Assembly (NCBI GenBank): GCA_964592365.1
Contig: CAZQDL010000001.1
Span: forward strand, 79,541-143,540
Reading direction: 5' to 3'
Length of the DNA: 64,000 nt
Origin: an uncultured Candidatus Saccharibacteria bacterium
GTDB lineage: Bacteria > Patescibacteriota > Minisyncoccia > Phycocordibacterales > UBA1006
The translations under genes were made by a program, and so were the position numbers. The stretch's first letter is position 1; each line of letters starts with the position of its first letter. The notes under the pieces are model-generated. The model searched no databases. It was not told the DNA's origin and saw only the letters and a list, made by a program, of their open reading frames with translations. Positions 50,325 to 60,612 of the stretch are shown piece by piece.

Positions 50325-50663
50325 ATGAAATCATTTGATGAATTACGAGATCAGATTAAAGAATTTTGTGACAACAGAGATTGGGCTTCGTTCCACGACC
50401 CTAAAAATCTAGCACTATCATTGCAGCTGGAATCTTCAGAAGTACTTGAATTATTCCAATGGACAAAAGATAACGAAATTAATCCTGAAAAATTAAGTGA
50501 ACTTCCTTCAGAACTAGCTGATGTCTTTTATTGGCTTATTCTTCTTTCAGAGAAATATAACATTAATCTTTTTGAGGCACTTGAGGAAAAGATGAAGCAA
50601 AATGAATTAAAATACCCAATTGAAAAATCAAAAGGGGTAAGTACCAAGTACACTGATTTATAG
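50325..50663 (+). CDS. MazG-like nucleotide pyrophosphohydrolase
   Basis: RDWASFHDPKNLA..ESSEVLELFQW, ELADV, NELKYP. Confidence 0.92.
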   Translation: MKSFDELRDQIKEFCDNRDWASFHDPKNLALSLQLESSEVLELFQWTKDNEINPEKLSELPSELADVFYWLILLSEKYNINLFEALEEKMKQNELKYPIEKSKGVSTKYTDL

Positions 50664-50664
50664 T

Positions 50665-52230
50665 ATGTCTCATATAAAAAAATTTAAATTTGATAAGCAA
50701 TATTTTAACGAAATTAGATCTTATCGTTTTGGAAAGAATTGGCCGGTTGTATATTTGTTATCAAATAAAAAAGAATTATATGTCGGAGAAACAATTAATG
50801 CTTTTTTGAGAAGTAAACAACACTATGAGAGAGAAGAACGGGCTAAATTAGATGATATACATATCATAACTGATGAGGAATATAACAAATCAGCTGCACG
50901 TGATATTGAATCATTGCTTATTCAAAATTTTGTAGCAGATGGAAAATATCTTATTCAAAATGGTAATGCAGGTTTACAAAATCACAATTACTATGAACGT
51001 GAAAAATACCTTGCAAAGTTTGAGGTAATTTGGGAGGAATTACGGAAGCTTGATATGGCTCATAAGAGCTTACATGAGATAAAGAATTCAGACCTTTTTA
51101 AATATTCACCATACAAATCACTTACCGATGATCAAATGTCTGTTGTGAATAATATTTTTCATGATTTGGTTCATGAGAATTCAGATACCTATATCGTTCA
51201 CGGTAGACCAGGAACAGGAAAAACTATTGTTGCTGTTTATCTCATGAAATTTCTTAAGGAACATAAGAAAACAAAAAATCTATCTATAGCACTTGTTGTT
51301 CCTATGACAGGACTACGAAAAACCTTAAAAAAAGTTTTTAGAAATGTAGCTGGATTATCATCCTCAATGATTATCGGTCCAAGTGATGTAATAAGAAATA
51401 AATATGATGTCTTGTTGGTAGATGAAGCACATAGATTAAAGAAAAGAAAAAATATCACGAATTTTCAATCGTTTGATCTAACGAATAAATATTTTAATTT
51501 AGGGAATGACGGTACTGAACTTGATTGGATTATGAGATCTTCGTCACATCAAATATTTTTCTATGATGAATTTCAAAGTATCAGACCTTCAGATATTGGG
51601 CACCAAGCTTTTAAAGAACTATCAGCAAAGAATATTGAATTAAATTCTCAAATGAGAGTTCAAGCTGATGGTGATTATATTCAGTTCATTGAAGATCTCT
51701 TTGATCCTGAATCTAAAAGGCAACATCACTTTAATGAATATGAAATACGAATGTTTGATGATATTTCAGAAATGTATCAAACCATTAAAGAAAAAGATAA
51801 AGAACATGGACTTTCACGAATGGTTGCGGGGTATGCATGGCCGTGGAAAACCAAGAAAGATAGGAATGCATATGATATTGAAATAGATGGCCTTAATATG
51901 CGATGGAATAGTACAACAGGGGATTGGGTCAATTCAGCAAATGCACTTAATGAAATTGGATGTATTCACACTGTTCAAGGATATGACCTTAATTATGTGG
52001 GGGTAATAATTGGATCAGAAATTTCATTTGATGAAGAACAACGAAAGATAGTTGTTGATAAGAGTAAATATTTTGATGCAAATGGAAAACGTTCAATTGA
52101 GAATAAAGAAGAGTTGCAAAGATATATCATTAATATTTATAAAACTTTGTTAACTCGTGGAATTAGAGGAACATACATCTATGTTATCGATGAGAAATTA
52201 AAAAAGTTTTTTAGGGAAACATTAAAATAA
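50665..52230 (+). CDS. GIY-YIG + DUF2075 (Schlafen group 3-like) helicase
   Basis: VVYL..LYVGET..R..QH; GRPGTGKT; DEAHRL; GCIHTVQGYDLNY; LLTRG. Confidence 0.88.
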   Translation: MSHIKKFKFDKQYFNEIRSYRFGKNWPVVYLLSNKKELYVGETINAFLRSKQHYEREERAKLDDIHIITDEEYNKSAARDIESLLIQNFVADGKYLIQNGNAGLQNHNYYEREKYLAKFEVIWEELRKLDMAHKSLHEIKNSDLFKYSPYKSLTDDQMSVVNNIFHDLVHENSDTYIVHGRPGTGKTIVAVYLMKFLKEHKKTKNLSIALVVPMTGLRKTLKKVFRNVAGLSSSMIIGPSDVIRNKYDVLLVDEAHRLKKRKNITNFQSFDLTNKYFNLGNDGTELDWIMRSSSHQIFFYDEFQSIRPSDIGHQAFKELSAKNIELNSQMRVQADGDYIQFIEDLFDPESKRQHHFNEYEIRMFDDISEMYQTIKEKDKEHGLSRMVAGYAWPWKTKKDRNAYDIEIDGLNMRWNSTTGDWVNSANALNEIGCIHTVQGYDLNYVGVIIGSEISFDEEQRKIVVDKSKYFDANGKRSIENKEELQRYIINIYKTLLTRGIRGTYIYVIDEKLKKFFRETLK

Positions 52231-52254
52231 ACCTCAAAGCGAAAGCCTTGAGGT

Positions 52255-52845
52255 TTATTTTTTCTTCTTAACAGAACTAAGAAGGGATACAGATATTGAT
52301 ATGATAACAATAGCAACAACAACAAGTATCAAGTTGTCACCAAATAGTGATGATAGATAGTTTCCACCCCAGATTCCACCAATAGCCCAGAGGTATGAAG
52401 CAATAATAGTATATGATAAATATTTTAATGTATTCATTTTTCGAGCTCCTGCGAATAGGGAAGGAGTTGATCTAATTACTGGAAGTAATTTTCCTAAAAT
52501 GATAACGAGAGCCGCATGCCTATCAAAAAGATCCCACTTCTTAGCATGTTTTTCATGATAAACCATATCGTGTACCCATTTAATGTGAAGCATTTTTTTT
52601 CCAAAGAAGAATCCTACAAAGTCACCAATGGTACTTCCAATCGCTATGATATGTATAGCAAGCCAAGGATTGATAACACCTTCTTTAGATAGACCACCAA
52701 TAAGGATAGCAATAGTTCCCCCAGGAAGAAACGAACCAATGATTGGTAAACCTTCTCCAAAAGCTAGAAGGAAAATCATAATGTTTCTCCATATAGGAGA
52801 AACAGAGAGAAATATTTCGATGATACTATTATTTAGAGATTCCAT
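52255..52845 (-). CDS. DedA family membrane protein
   Basis: EGLPIIGSFLPG, GDFVGFFFG, LLPVIRS. Confidence 0.9.
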   Translation of the reverse strand: MESLNNSIIEIFLSVSPIWRNIMIFLLAFGEGLPIIGSFLPGGTIAILIGGLSKEGVINPWLAIHIIAIGSTIGDFVGFFFGKKMLHIKWVHDMVYHEKHAKKWDLFDRHAALVIILGKLLPVIRSTPSLFAGARKMNTLKYLSYTIIASYLWAIGGIWGGNYLSSLFGDNLILVVVAIVIISISVSLLSSVKKKK

Positions 52846-52913
52846 AGATACATCCAGAATATACTAGCTATGACTATTTGTATACTTATTTACTTTTTAG
52901 CTATACTAGGGAT

Positions 52914-53759
52914 ATGAAATTACTCAAAAATATAATTCTTTATGGTTCTCTTGTAGCTTCACTACTTCTGTACTATCACGTTGATAGCAAAAAACCATGT
53001 AACAGTGTAATAACCTATGACATAGGTCAATTTGATGAAGAGTATGGTATGACAAGGGATAGTTTCCTTACCTACATTGCACTAGCTGAAATACCTTGGG
53101 AAGAAGTAGCCCAAAAACAACTCTTTCGGTATGAAGAAGGTGCTGATTTTAAGGTTAATCTGATTTTCTCTGACAAACAAGAAAAAATTCAAAAAGGTAA
53201 TGAATTAGAGAATAGATTAGATGAAAAGGAACGATCATTAAGTTCAACAAAACAACAGTATGAAGATGCTGTAGAAAAATATGAGCGTGATAAATCAAAC
53301 TATGAAAGAAAACTAGCACGATATCAAAAAGAGGTTGATCGTTGGAATCAGCAAGGGGGTGCGCCTTCTTCTGTATTTAACCAACTTGAGAAAGACTTTG
53401 AAGAACTTCAAAAAGAGGCTGAATCTTTAAATAGTAGTATTACGAGAATTAATGATTTAGCAAGACAGAGTAATAGTAAGGTATTGGAATTCAATCAAAA
53501 TGCTGATGAGTATAATAATCTTTTTGATGGTACTGCGTTTGATGCTGGAAACACTGATGGAACTGAAATAAATGTATATAGTTTTTCTAATACTAAAGAA
53601 CTTGTTACCCTCCTTACCCATGAATTTGGTCATGTTCTTGGTATTGATCATATTGAAGATGAAGCATCAGTTATGCACTATCTTTTACATGATGAAAATG
53701 TTTCAGGTGAGTTGAGTTCTTTTGATAAAGAAGCGTTAATGACAAGTTGCCGTATATGA
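52914..53759 (+). CDS. Matrixin-family (M10-like) zinc metalloprotease with coiled coil
   Basis: HEFGHVLGIDH and Met-turn SVM. Confidence 0.88.
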   Translation: MKLLKNIILYGSLVASLLLYYHVDSKKPCNSVITYDIGQFDEEYGMTRDSFLTYIALAEIPWEEVAQKQLFRYEEGADFKVNLIFSDKQEKIQKGNELENRLDEKERSLSSTKQQYEDAVEKYERDKSNYERKLARYQKEVDRWNQQGGAPSSVFNQLEKDFEELQKEAESLNSSITRINDLARQSNSKVLEFNQNADEYNNLFDGTAFDAGNTDGTEINVYSFSNTKELVTLLTHEFGHVLGIDHIEDEASVMHYLLHDENVSGELSSFDKEALMTSCRI

Positions 53760-54886
53760 CCTCTATCTATGAACACCTTCTTACTCGACCAACATATTTA
53801 GAAATAGATTTAGGTGCTATTTCTCAAAATCTGAAAACGATAAGAAAATATATTGGAGATACTAAAATACTTTGCATTGTAAAAGGAAATGCATATGGTC
53901 ATGGAAGTATTGAGATTTCCCGAATCTTAGAAAGGGAACACGTAGATTATCTTGGAGTAGCAATCCCAGAGGAAGGAGTTGAATTAAGGAAAGCTGGTAT
54001 AACTACACCTATACTTGTACTTTCAGGGATTGTTGATCAGCAAATACCAGTATGTTTGGAATACAATTTAAGTATTACGATTCCTTCAGATATGAAACTG
54101 AAACGAGTAATCAACTATGCAGAATCTGTTGGAAAAAAAGCTCGCATTCATCTAAAAGTTGATACAGGAATGTCACGTATTGGAGTCAATTATACGCGAA
54201 TAGAAAAATTCTTTCCTTTTCTTGATTCAGAATATATTCATCTTGAAGGTCTGTATTCACACTTCGCATGTTCTGATGAAGATCATGAAATGAATATGTT
54301 ACAAATTGAACGTTTTCATGAAGTGATTAATCAGTTTAAAAAACACGGACATAGTTTTGATATCATTCATATGGCAAACTCAGGTGGAATTCTATTTCAT
54401 CCTTCATCTCATTTTGATATGGTTCGATTGGGAATGTCCTTGTATGGTTTATTTGAAGGAAAAGAATTGCCAAAGGAGATACATCTTATCCCGGCTATGA
54501 GTTGGAAAACAGAAGTAGTTTACTTCAAATATGTGGAACAAGGAGTAGGCATTGGTTATGGTCAAAAAGCTGTTACCGACAAACCAACAAGGATAGTTAC
54601 CTTACCAGTTGGATATGCAGATGGGTATCAACGTGCCATGGGTGAACAAGGAAAGGTACTTATTCACGGAAAGAAATATCCTATAATAGGGAAGGTTTGT
54701 ATGGATCAAATGATGGTTGATATTGGAATAACTGGTGAAGCATATCAGGGTGATGAAGTAGTACTTCTTGGAAATTCAGGTTATGAATGTATTAGTTTCT
54801 ATGATATTGCTAGATGGAGTAATACGAGTATCTATGAATTAATGTGTCAGATAAGTTACAGGGTTCCAAGAAAATATAAAGAATAA
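53756..54886 (+). CDS. alr: Alanine racemase
   Basis: VKGNAYGHG, DTGMSRIG, GYADG, VCMDQ. Confidence 0.95.
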   Translation: MTSIYEHLLTRPTYLEIDLGAISQNLKTIRKYIGDTKILCIVKGNAYGHGSIEISRILEREHVDYLGVAIPEEGVELRKAGITTPILVLSGIVDQQIPVCLEYNLSITIPSDMKLKRVINYAESVGKKARIHLKVDTGMSRIGVNYTRIEKFFPFLDSEYIHLEGLYSHFACSDEDHEMNMLQIERFHEVINQFKKHGHSFDIIHMANSGGILFHPSSHFDMVRLGMSLYGLFEGKELPKEIHLIPAMSWKTEVVYFKYVEQGVGIGYGQKAVTDKPTRIVTLPVGYADGYQRAMGEQGKVLIHGKKYPIIGKVCMDQMMVDIGITGEAYQGDEVVLLGNSGYECISFYDIARWSNTSIYELMCQISYRVPRKYKE

Positions 54887-54906
54887 AACACCTGTATCCA
54901 GGTGTT

Positions 54907-56637
54907 TTATTCTTGCCACAGGGAATAATACAATCCCTTCTTTTCAAGAAGCTCATCGTGCTTTCCTGATTCAGATATCACACCGTGTTTCAATACATAG
55001 ATAGTATCTGCATGCTTAACCGTCGTTAGTCTGTGAGCAATTATTATCATTATCAAGTGAGGATATTCTTCTCTGATATGTCGTATTGTTTCTGTAATAT
55101 CAGCTTCCGTTTTTACATCAAGACTAGAACTTGCTTCATCGAAGATAAGGACATCTGGTTTTCGTAACAAAGCACGAGCAATTGCAATTCGTTGTCGTTC
55201 ACCACCAGATAATTTGATGCCGTGTTCTCCTAGTACCGTATCTAAACCATCAGCACTTCTGTTAAGAATGTCTTGAGCTTGAGCTTTTGTAAGTGCATCA
55301 ATACATTCTTCATCACTGGCGTGAGGTGATACAAAAAGAAGATTCTCTCTGATAGTTCCAGCAAAAACTTGTGTATCTTGAGGTACATAACCAACATTTT
55401 CTCTAATTGATGTCATATCAAGATCATCTGTTGATATGTTATTAAAACGTACCTCACCTGAAGTAGGGGAATACAGACCTAAGATAAGTTTAATAATAGT
55501 TGATTTTCCAGCACCACTTCTTCCTACGATAGCGATGGTCTTTCCTGATTGGATATTCATATTAATACCACTTAAGGTTTCATGATTGCCGTAATTGAAA
55601 TGTAGATTTTCTAATGCAATATTACTAATTCCTTCAGCTTTTATACCACCACCAATTCTCAGTTGAATATTAGGTACTTGCTTCTGGAGTATCTTCGTTA
55701 CTTCTTGAATTGAAGCCATAGATTCTTGGTAACTTGAAACCAATATTGATATTTGAGACAGCGGACCAAAAACAAAGAAGCCATAAAACCAAAGGGTAAG
55801 GAATTCTCCTAAGCTAATTGATGCTTGTGCAATGAGAATCATCGATACAAGAATGATAAGAGAGCTAATGGTATTAACTAAGGTACCTTGAATGAAACTT
55901 AATCTTCTTAAAATAACAACTTTTTTGATTTCAAGATCAAGTATTTTTTTATTAACTTCATTTAAGCGATTTATTTCTTGATTTTCTAATCCAAGTGATT
56001 TTACTAATCCCACATTACTTAAAGTCTCAGTTGTCGATGCTGCAAGCTCCGCGGATGTTCTTACAATATTTTCTTGTGCTTTCTTTACTCCCTTACCTAC
56101 ATATGAAATGACTATACTTATGACAGGGATAGCAAGAACAAATACTAAAGCGATAAGTGGATGAACAGAAACGGCATAGATAAGTACAAAGATAATTCCG
56201 ATAAGTGAAAAGAAACCTATATTAATTAAATCAGTAATGAAATTCTTTGTAGTATCACGTGCTTTTTGCATCTTTTGAAGAAGTGAACCTGATTGTTCAT
56301 CTTCAAATACTTTGTAGGGTAATTCAAAAACTTTCTTAACATAGTTTGCATACAGAGAAGTTCCAATTTTTTCTGAAACTACGCTTACAAGATAATCTTG
56401 AAAAGCTTTTGCAATTCGTGAAATTAAAGCAAATGCAATGTATATAATTAGTAATATACTTACTCCTACGATAAATTCTCTTTCAGTAAATTGGGAAATA
56501 TTTGAAGCATAATCATCAATTATTTTTCCAAAAACTTGTGGATTTAGAAGGGAGAATATTTGATTTATACTTGCTGCAAGTAAAGCAAGTCCGAGAGCTA
56601 ATTTTTCTGTCTTAAAAAAGGAAAGTATATTTTTCAT
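54907..56637 (-). CDS. ABC transporter ATP-binding/permease protein
   Basis: TM domain plus GRSGAGKST, LSGGERQR, DEASSSLD. Confidence 0.94.
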   Translation of the reverse strand: MKNILSFFKTEKLALGLALLAASINQIFSLLNPQVFGKIIDDYASNISQFTEREFIVGVSILLIIYIAFALISRIAKAFQDYLVSVVSEKIGTSLYANYVKKVFELPYKVFEDEQSGSLLQKMQKARDTTKNFITDLINIGFFSLIGIIFVLIYAVSVHPLIALVFVLAIPVISIVISYVGKGVKKAQENIVRTSAELAASTTETLSNVGLVKSLGLENQEINRLNEVNKKILDLEIKKVVILRRLSFIQGTLVNTISSLIILVSMILIAQASISLGEFLTLWFYGFFVFGPLSQISILVSSYQESMASIQEVTKILQKQVPNIQLRIGGGIKAEGISNIALENLHFNYGNHETLSGINMNIQSGKTIAIVGRSGAGKSTIIKLILGLYSPTSGEVRFNNISTDDLDMTSIRENVGYVPQDTQVFAGTIRENLLFVSPHASDEECIDALTKAQAQDILNRSADGLDTVLGEHGIKLSGGERQRIAIARALLRKPDVLIFDEASSSLDVKTEADITETIRHIREEYPHLIMIIIAHRLTTVKHADTIYVLKHGVISESGKHDELLEKKGLYYSLWQE

Positions 56638-56701
56638 ATGGTCATCATAGCCTAATAGCTGTTTATAGGAAATAAAAAGAAGCTCTCATGAGCTCCTTTT
56701 C

Positions 56702-56905
56702 TTATTCCCATTCGTCTTCTTCGTCTTCGTCTAGGTCATCAAAATCCTCTAGATCATTATCTTCTTCTTCATCATCATCAAACTCATCCTCCATGTCCTC
56801 GTCATATTCTTCTTCAATAGGGTATCCATCTTCATCGTACTGCATTGTTAAGAAGGCATTCCCCCAAAGATTAATGTCTAATATATTCATCATGGTAATT
56901 GTCAT
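56702..56905 (-). CDS. Small highly acidic protein (start uncertain)
   Basis: MQYDEDGYPIEEEYDED... D/E-rich ORF followed by a hairpin. Confidence 0.5.
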   Translation of the reverse strand: MTITMMNILDINLWGNAFLTMQYDEDGYPIEEEYDEDMEDEFDDDEEEDNDLEDFDDLDEDEEDEWE

Positions 56906-57037
56906 AATGGTATTACGTAATTCAATATAAATAAGATTAATAACCTAGAAACTAGGTTGAGGGAATTATTTCAGATTTCAGGAAAAAATACAAATAGTTT
57001 TACTTGGTTTTTTCTATTCTGTTGGTAAACTCAATGT

Positions 57038-58186
57038 ATGAAAAAAAAACTTGTAATTGTAGGTGCTGGTTTTGCTGGCAGATTTACCTATCTTTCTCTT
57101 TCAAAAGCTGTTCGTAATCACTATTCAATTACTATCATTGATAATGATGATCATTTCCTATTCACTCCTCTCCTCCATGAAGTTGCTGTAGGAGGAATCA
57201 CTAAAGAAAGTGTTTGTCAGGATATCCATAGTTTCGTTGATTCATCTACGACTGTTTTAGTTGATAGGGTAGTTGCCTTTGATCATGTAAATCAGTTAGT
57301 AACCCTAGAACAAGGTGAAACTATCAACTATGACTGTCTTGTTTTTGCTATCGGTTCAAAAACTAATTTCTTTAGTACAAAAGGAGCTGAAGAGCATAGT
57401 AGTGTTCTAAAAAATGTACAAAATGCTTTGGATATAAAAGCAAAGGTTACTCAACTTATCGCATCTCAAAGAAAAGGAGTAATTAATGTTATTGGTGGTG
57501 GACCAACAGGAATAGAGCTTGCCTGTGAACTCGCTGACTGGCTACATCAAAAAAACTCTATTTTAGAAGTTAAGGTATACAACGGCGGTCCATCAATATT
57601 AGGTCCTTTTAGTGAAACATCTCAACAATATGCACAAGAAGTTTTAAAGAAGAAAGGTGTTTTTGTTTTTAACAATATACGTATCACTGAACTTTCTGAA
57701 GATACTATTTACTCAAGTGAAGGTGATGCATTCCCAAGCTCCTTAACCATTTGGGCTGCTGGAGTTCAACCAGAAGTTGTTGATAGCAAACATGATATTT
57801 TACATGTAAACCATCGACTTCAGGTAAATGAATGTTTAACCCTTCCTGATAATGAAAAGGTGTTTGTTTTAGGAGATGTTGCTTTAGCTCCTACCTCAGA
57901 TCAAAAGGGATTCCCAATGCTTGCACAAGTTGCAAAACAACAGGGGATACATACTGCTAAAAATATTGAACGTCAAATATTGAATAAACCACTTATTCCT
58001 TTTAAATATGTTCATAGAGGAAGTCTAGCTTCCTTAGGCCACTATCATGCAATTGTTGAAATTGGAAATATCAAAATATATGGTTTCTTTGCTTGGTTAA
58101 TTTGGAAAGCTCTCTACCTTATTACTTTCAATTCAATGAAGCACAGATTCACCCTCTTAAAAGAGTGGAATAAAAAACGATCCTAG
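57038..58186 (+). CDS. ndh: Type II NADH dehydrogenase-like FAD oxidoreductase
   Basis: GAGFAG, FTPLLHEVA, GGGPTGIELA, LAQVAKQQG, GSLASLG. Confidence 0.9.
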   Translation: MKKKLVIVGAGFAGRFTYLSLSKAVRNHYSITIIDNDDHFLFTPLLHEVAVGGITKESVCQDIHSFVDSSTTVLVDRVVAFDHVNQLVTLEQGETINYDCLVFAIGSKTNFFSTKGAEEHSSVLKNVQNALDIKAKVTQLIASQRKGVINVIGGGPTGIELACELADWLHQKNSILEVKVYNGGPSILGPFSETSQQYAQEVLKKKGVFVFNNIRITELSEDTIYSSEGDAFPSSLTIWAAGVQPEVVDSKHDILHVNHRLQVNECLTLPDNEKVFVLGDVALAPTSDQKGFPMLAQVAKQQGIHTAKNIERQILNKPLIPFKYVHRGSLASLGHYHAIVEIGNIKIYGFFAWLIWKALYLITFNSMKHRFTLLKEWNKKRS

Positions 58187-58199
58187 GATCGTTTTTTAT

Positions 58200-59066
58200 T
58201 TAGTGGTCATGGTGATCTTCTTCAACATGATCTTCATGAAAATCATGTTCATGCTCTTCTTCGGTATGATATACCTCGTCATGAGCATGGTCATGTCCTT
58301 CTCCTCCATGTTCATGTCCGAAGCTTTGGCTAATTGTTAGCATAATGAGAATTCCTATAACAAAGGCAGCAGACATCGAAGCTCGCTTCTTTGACTGGAT
58401 AACTTCTTTCAGTGGGAATAGATCAGTAAATACGATTCCTAGGAAAAAAGTTGATGTCGCTCCAAGCATATATGCTTGAATAGACTCAGTTGTTATTAAT
58501 GCTAATCCTAAACCAATTCCTACGAATATAGAAAGTGCTGTAGCAACATTTCTATATACTGCTTCAGTATTGGTATATCCTGATTTTTTTAGAACAATAA
58601 ATTCAGAAATTTCTTGAGGAATCTCATGTAAGGCAATTGAAATTGCATTTGAGATACCGATACCGATTCCAAAACCAAAGGAACTTACGAGAAGTAACCC
58701 ATCTGCAATATTATGAAGGGTATCCCCAATTAATATTTTCCAAGCAGATTGCTTTTTATGCTCATGATGATGATCACTATTATCTCCATGACGATGGTGA
58801 TTAAATATTTCATGGATCAAAAGATAGAGGAGAAGTCCTATGGCGAAAGCCATGAGGGCTTGTTGAAGAGGAAGTAGTTTTAATGTTTCGAACATTAGAA
58901 GTACACTCGTTACGATAAATACTCCTCCACTGAGAGCTGAAAGTGATAGTAAATTGTTATTAACGAAGTTAGCTAAACGCTTAGAACTTTTTATAACGGC
59001 AATCCCTGCCATTGAAGCTGATGCAATAACAAGGGCACTTAATATAATATAATGTAATGCTGACAT
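58200..59066 (-). CDS. ZIP family metal transporter with His-rich loop and tail
   Basis: GDTLHNIADG, HEIPQE. Confidence 0.92.
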   Translation of the reverse strand: MSALHYIILSALVIASASMAGIAVIKSSKRLANFVNNNLLSLSALSGGVFIVTSVLLMFETLKLLPLQQALMAFAIGLLLYLLIHEIFNHHRHGDNSDHHHEHKKQSAWKILIGDTLHNIADGLLLVSSFGFGIGIGISNAISIALHEIPQEISEFIVLKKSGYTNTEAVYRNVATALSIFVGIGLGLALITTESIQAYMLGATSTFFLGIVFTDLFPLKEVIQSKKRASMSAAFVIGILIMLTISQSFGHEHGGEGHDHAHDEVYHTEEEHEHDFHEDHVEEDHHDH

Positions 59067-59088
59067 GCATCTAATATACGATAGAAAC

Positions 59089-59117
59089 ATATTTTTGCAA
59101 ATATTTTGCAAAAATAT
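59089..59117. promoter_or_regulatory. Candidate Zur/Fur operator between the divergent ZIP and Fur genes
   Basis: Perfect inverted repeat ATATTTTTGCAAA-TAT-TTTGCAAAAATAT next to the TATACT upstream of the fur start. Confidence 0.7.
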
Positions 59118-59129
59118 ATACTACCCTAT

Positions 59130-59525
59130 ATGAAGGAATTATTAAAAAGAAACAAGCTTTCAGCTACATCAGCACGGATTGAAATGCTTCAATCATTAAA
59201 GGAAGCACATATTCCAATGACTATAGAAATGATTCGAGATGTTATGAAACAGCAAGTGAGCCCCTCAACCTTGTACCGTAGTCTGAAGGCTATGGTTGAT
59301 GCTGGTATTATATATCAAACTGATTTCAGAGAAGGTGTGTCATACTATGAATATCAAGGAACATCGCATCATCACCATGTAACCTGCACATCGTGTAAAC
59401 AACAAGAAGAGGTACCCTTGTGCTTTGTTGCTGATATACAATCACTTAAACAACACACATCATTTACCATTACTAGCCATATCATAGAATTTTTTGGATT
59501 ATGCAAAAATTGCTCACAACATTAA
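59130..59525 (+). CDS. Fur-family transcriptional regulator (Zur-like)
   Basis: STLYRSL, HHHHVTCTSC, FGLCKNC. Confidence 0.92.
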   Translation: MKELLKRNKLSATSARIEMLQSLKEAHIPMTIEMIRDVMKQQVSPSTLYRSLKAMVDAGIIYQTDFREGVSYYEYQGTSHHHHVTCTSCKQQEEVPLCFVADIQSLKQHTSFTITSHIIEFFGLCKNCSQH

Positions 59526-60574
59526 TAATTGGAATTTACTTTTTTCTACCTAACCTTATTCACGCTCAGAATGTTGAAGGATTTCAAAGCGAATATGTAA
59601 AAATTGAAATTACCGGAAAGGAGCAAACTGATACTTATTCAGATCTCTTTTATTATCAGGGGGTAAATAGAAAAGGGGAGGTTATTGAATTTGAAGCGGT
59701 AGAGGATCATATTACTATTGGTTCAGAAGTGTACCTAGAACATTTTATTGATGCTGATGAGTATGTATTTGTTACTACAGATAGAACAGAAGTTATTATT
59801 GCTTTGGTACTTCTCTTTATACTTCTTGTTTTGTGGTTTACTGGAAAAAAAGGTGTTCGTGCATTGGTATCTTTGTTAGGTTCTTTTCTTCTTCTCATCT
59901 TTGGTTTAATTCCATTACTTCTTAAGGGTTATGACCCATTATTGATTTCACTAGGATTTGGTACCTTAATTCTTTTTTTGAGCATTTTTGTGACTCATGG
60001 ATTTACTCGACAAAGTGCGATCTCTTTCATCGGATCTGGTTTTTCAATTGTAATTGCAACCTTACTCGTTGTTGCTCTAACTAATTTTGGTTCTTTTAGT
60101 GGTATTACTGATCACAGTGCTTTTTTCCTCTCACAATATTCTGATGTTCAAATAAATTTCATACGTCTCTTTAGTGCCGCTGTTATTATTGGTACCTTAG
60201 GAGTTCTTGATGATATTACTATCACTCAAGTTTCAATTGTTCGTGAACTTGCACATTCATCAAATGAAAAAAGATCAGTTATGTTTGCTCGAGCCCTTCG
60301 TGTAGGAAAAGATCATATTAGTTCTTTGGTAAACACTCTTGTGTTCGCGTATGTTGGTTCTGCGCTTCCCTTAATTATGTTTGCAACTGAAGTTGATACT
60401 CCTTTTATGATATTAATTTCTCAAGAATTTATTGCCGCTGAAATAGTGAGAACTTTCGTGGGAGCAATAGCTCTTATCATTGCCGTACCTATCACTACTT
60501 GGTGTGCATGTTACCCATTCTTCTCATATCTAAAAAAGGATAGTTCTCGTCATGAGCATCATCACCATCATTAA
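59501..60574 (+). CDS. YibE/F family membrane protein
   Basis: IGTLGVLDDITITQ, VGKDHISSLVNTLVFAYVG; His tail. Confidence 0.9.
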   Translation: MQKLLTTLIIGIYFFLPNLIHAQNVEGFQSEYVKIEITGKEQTDTYSDLFYYQGVNRKGEVIEFEAVEDHITIGSEVYLEHFIDADEYVFVTTDRTEVIIALVLLFILLVLWFTGKKGVRALVSLLGSFLLLIFGLIPLLLKGYDPLLISLGFGTLILFLSIFVTHGFTRQSAISFIGSGFSIVIATLLVVALTNFGSFSGITDHSAFFLSQYSDVQINFIRLFSAAVIIGTLGVLDDITITQVSIVRELAHSSNEKRSVMFARALRVGKDHISSLVNTLVFAYVGSALPLIMFATEVDTPFMILISQEFIAAEIVRTFVGAIALIIAVPITTWCACYPFFSYLKKDSSRHEHHHHH

Positions 60575-60612
60575 TAAATTTACTAAGTGAGTAGCTTAGG
60601 TATACTGTTATT

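Noticed and set aside
56688-56930. Ser-rich plus-strand ORF
   Set aside because: It is the antisense shadow of the D/E-rich ORF.
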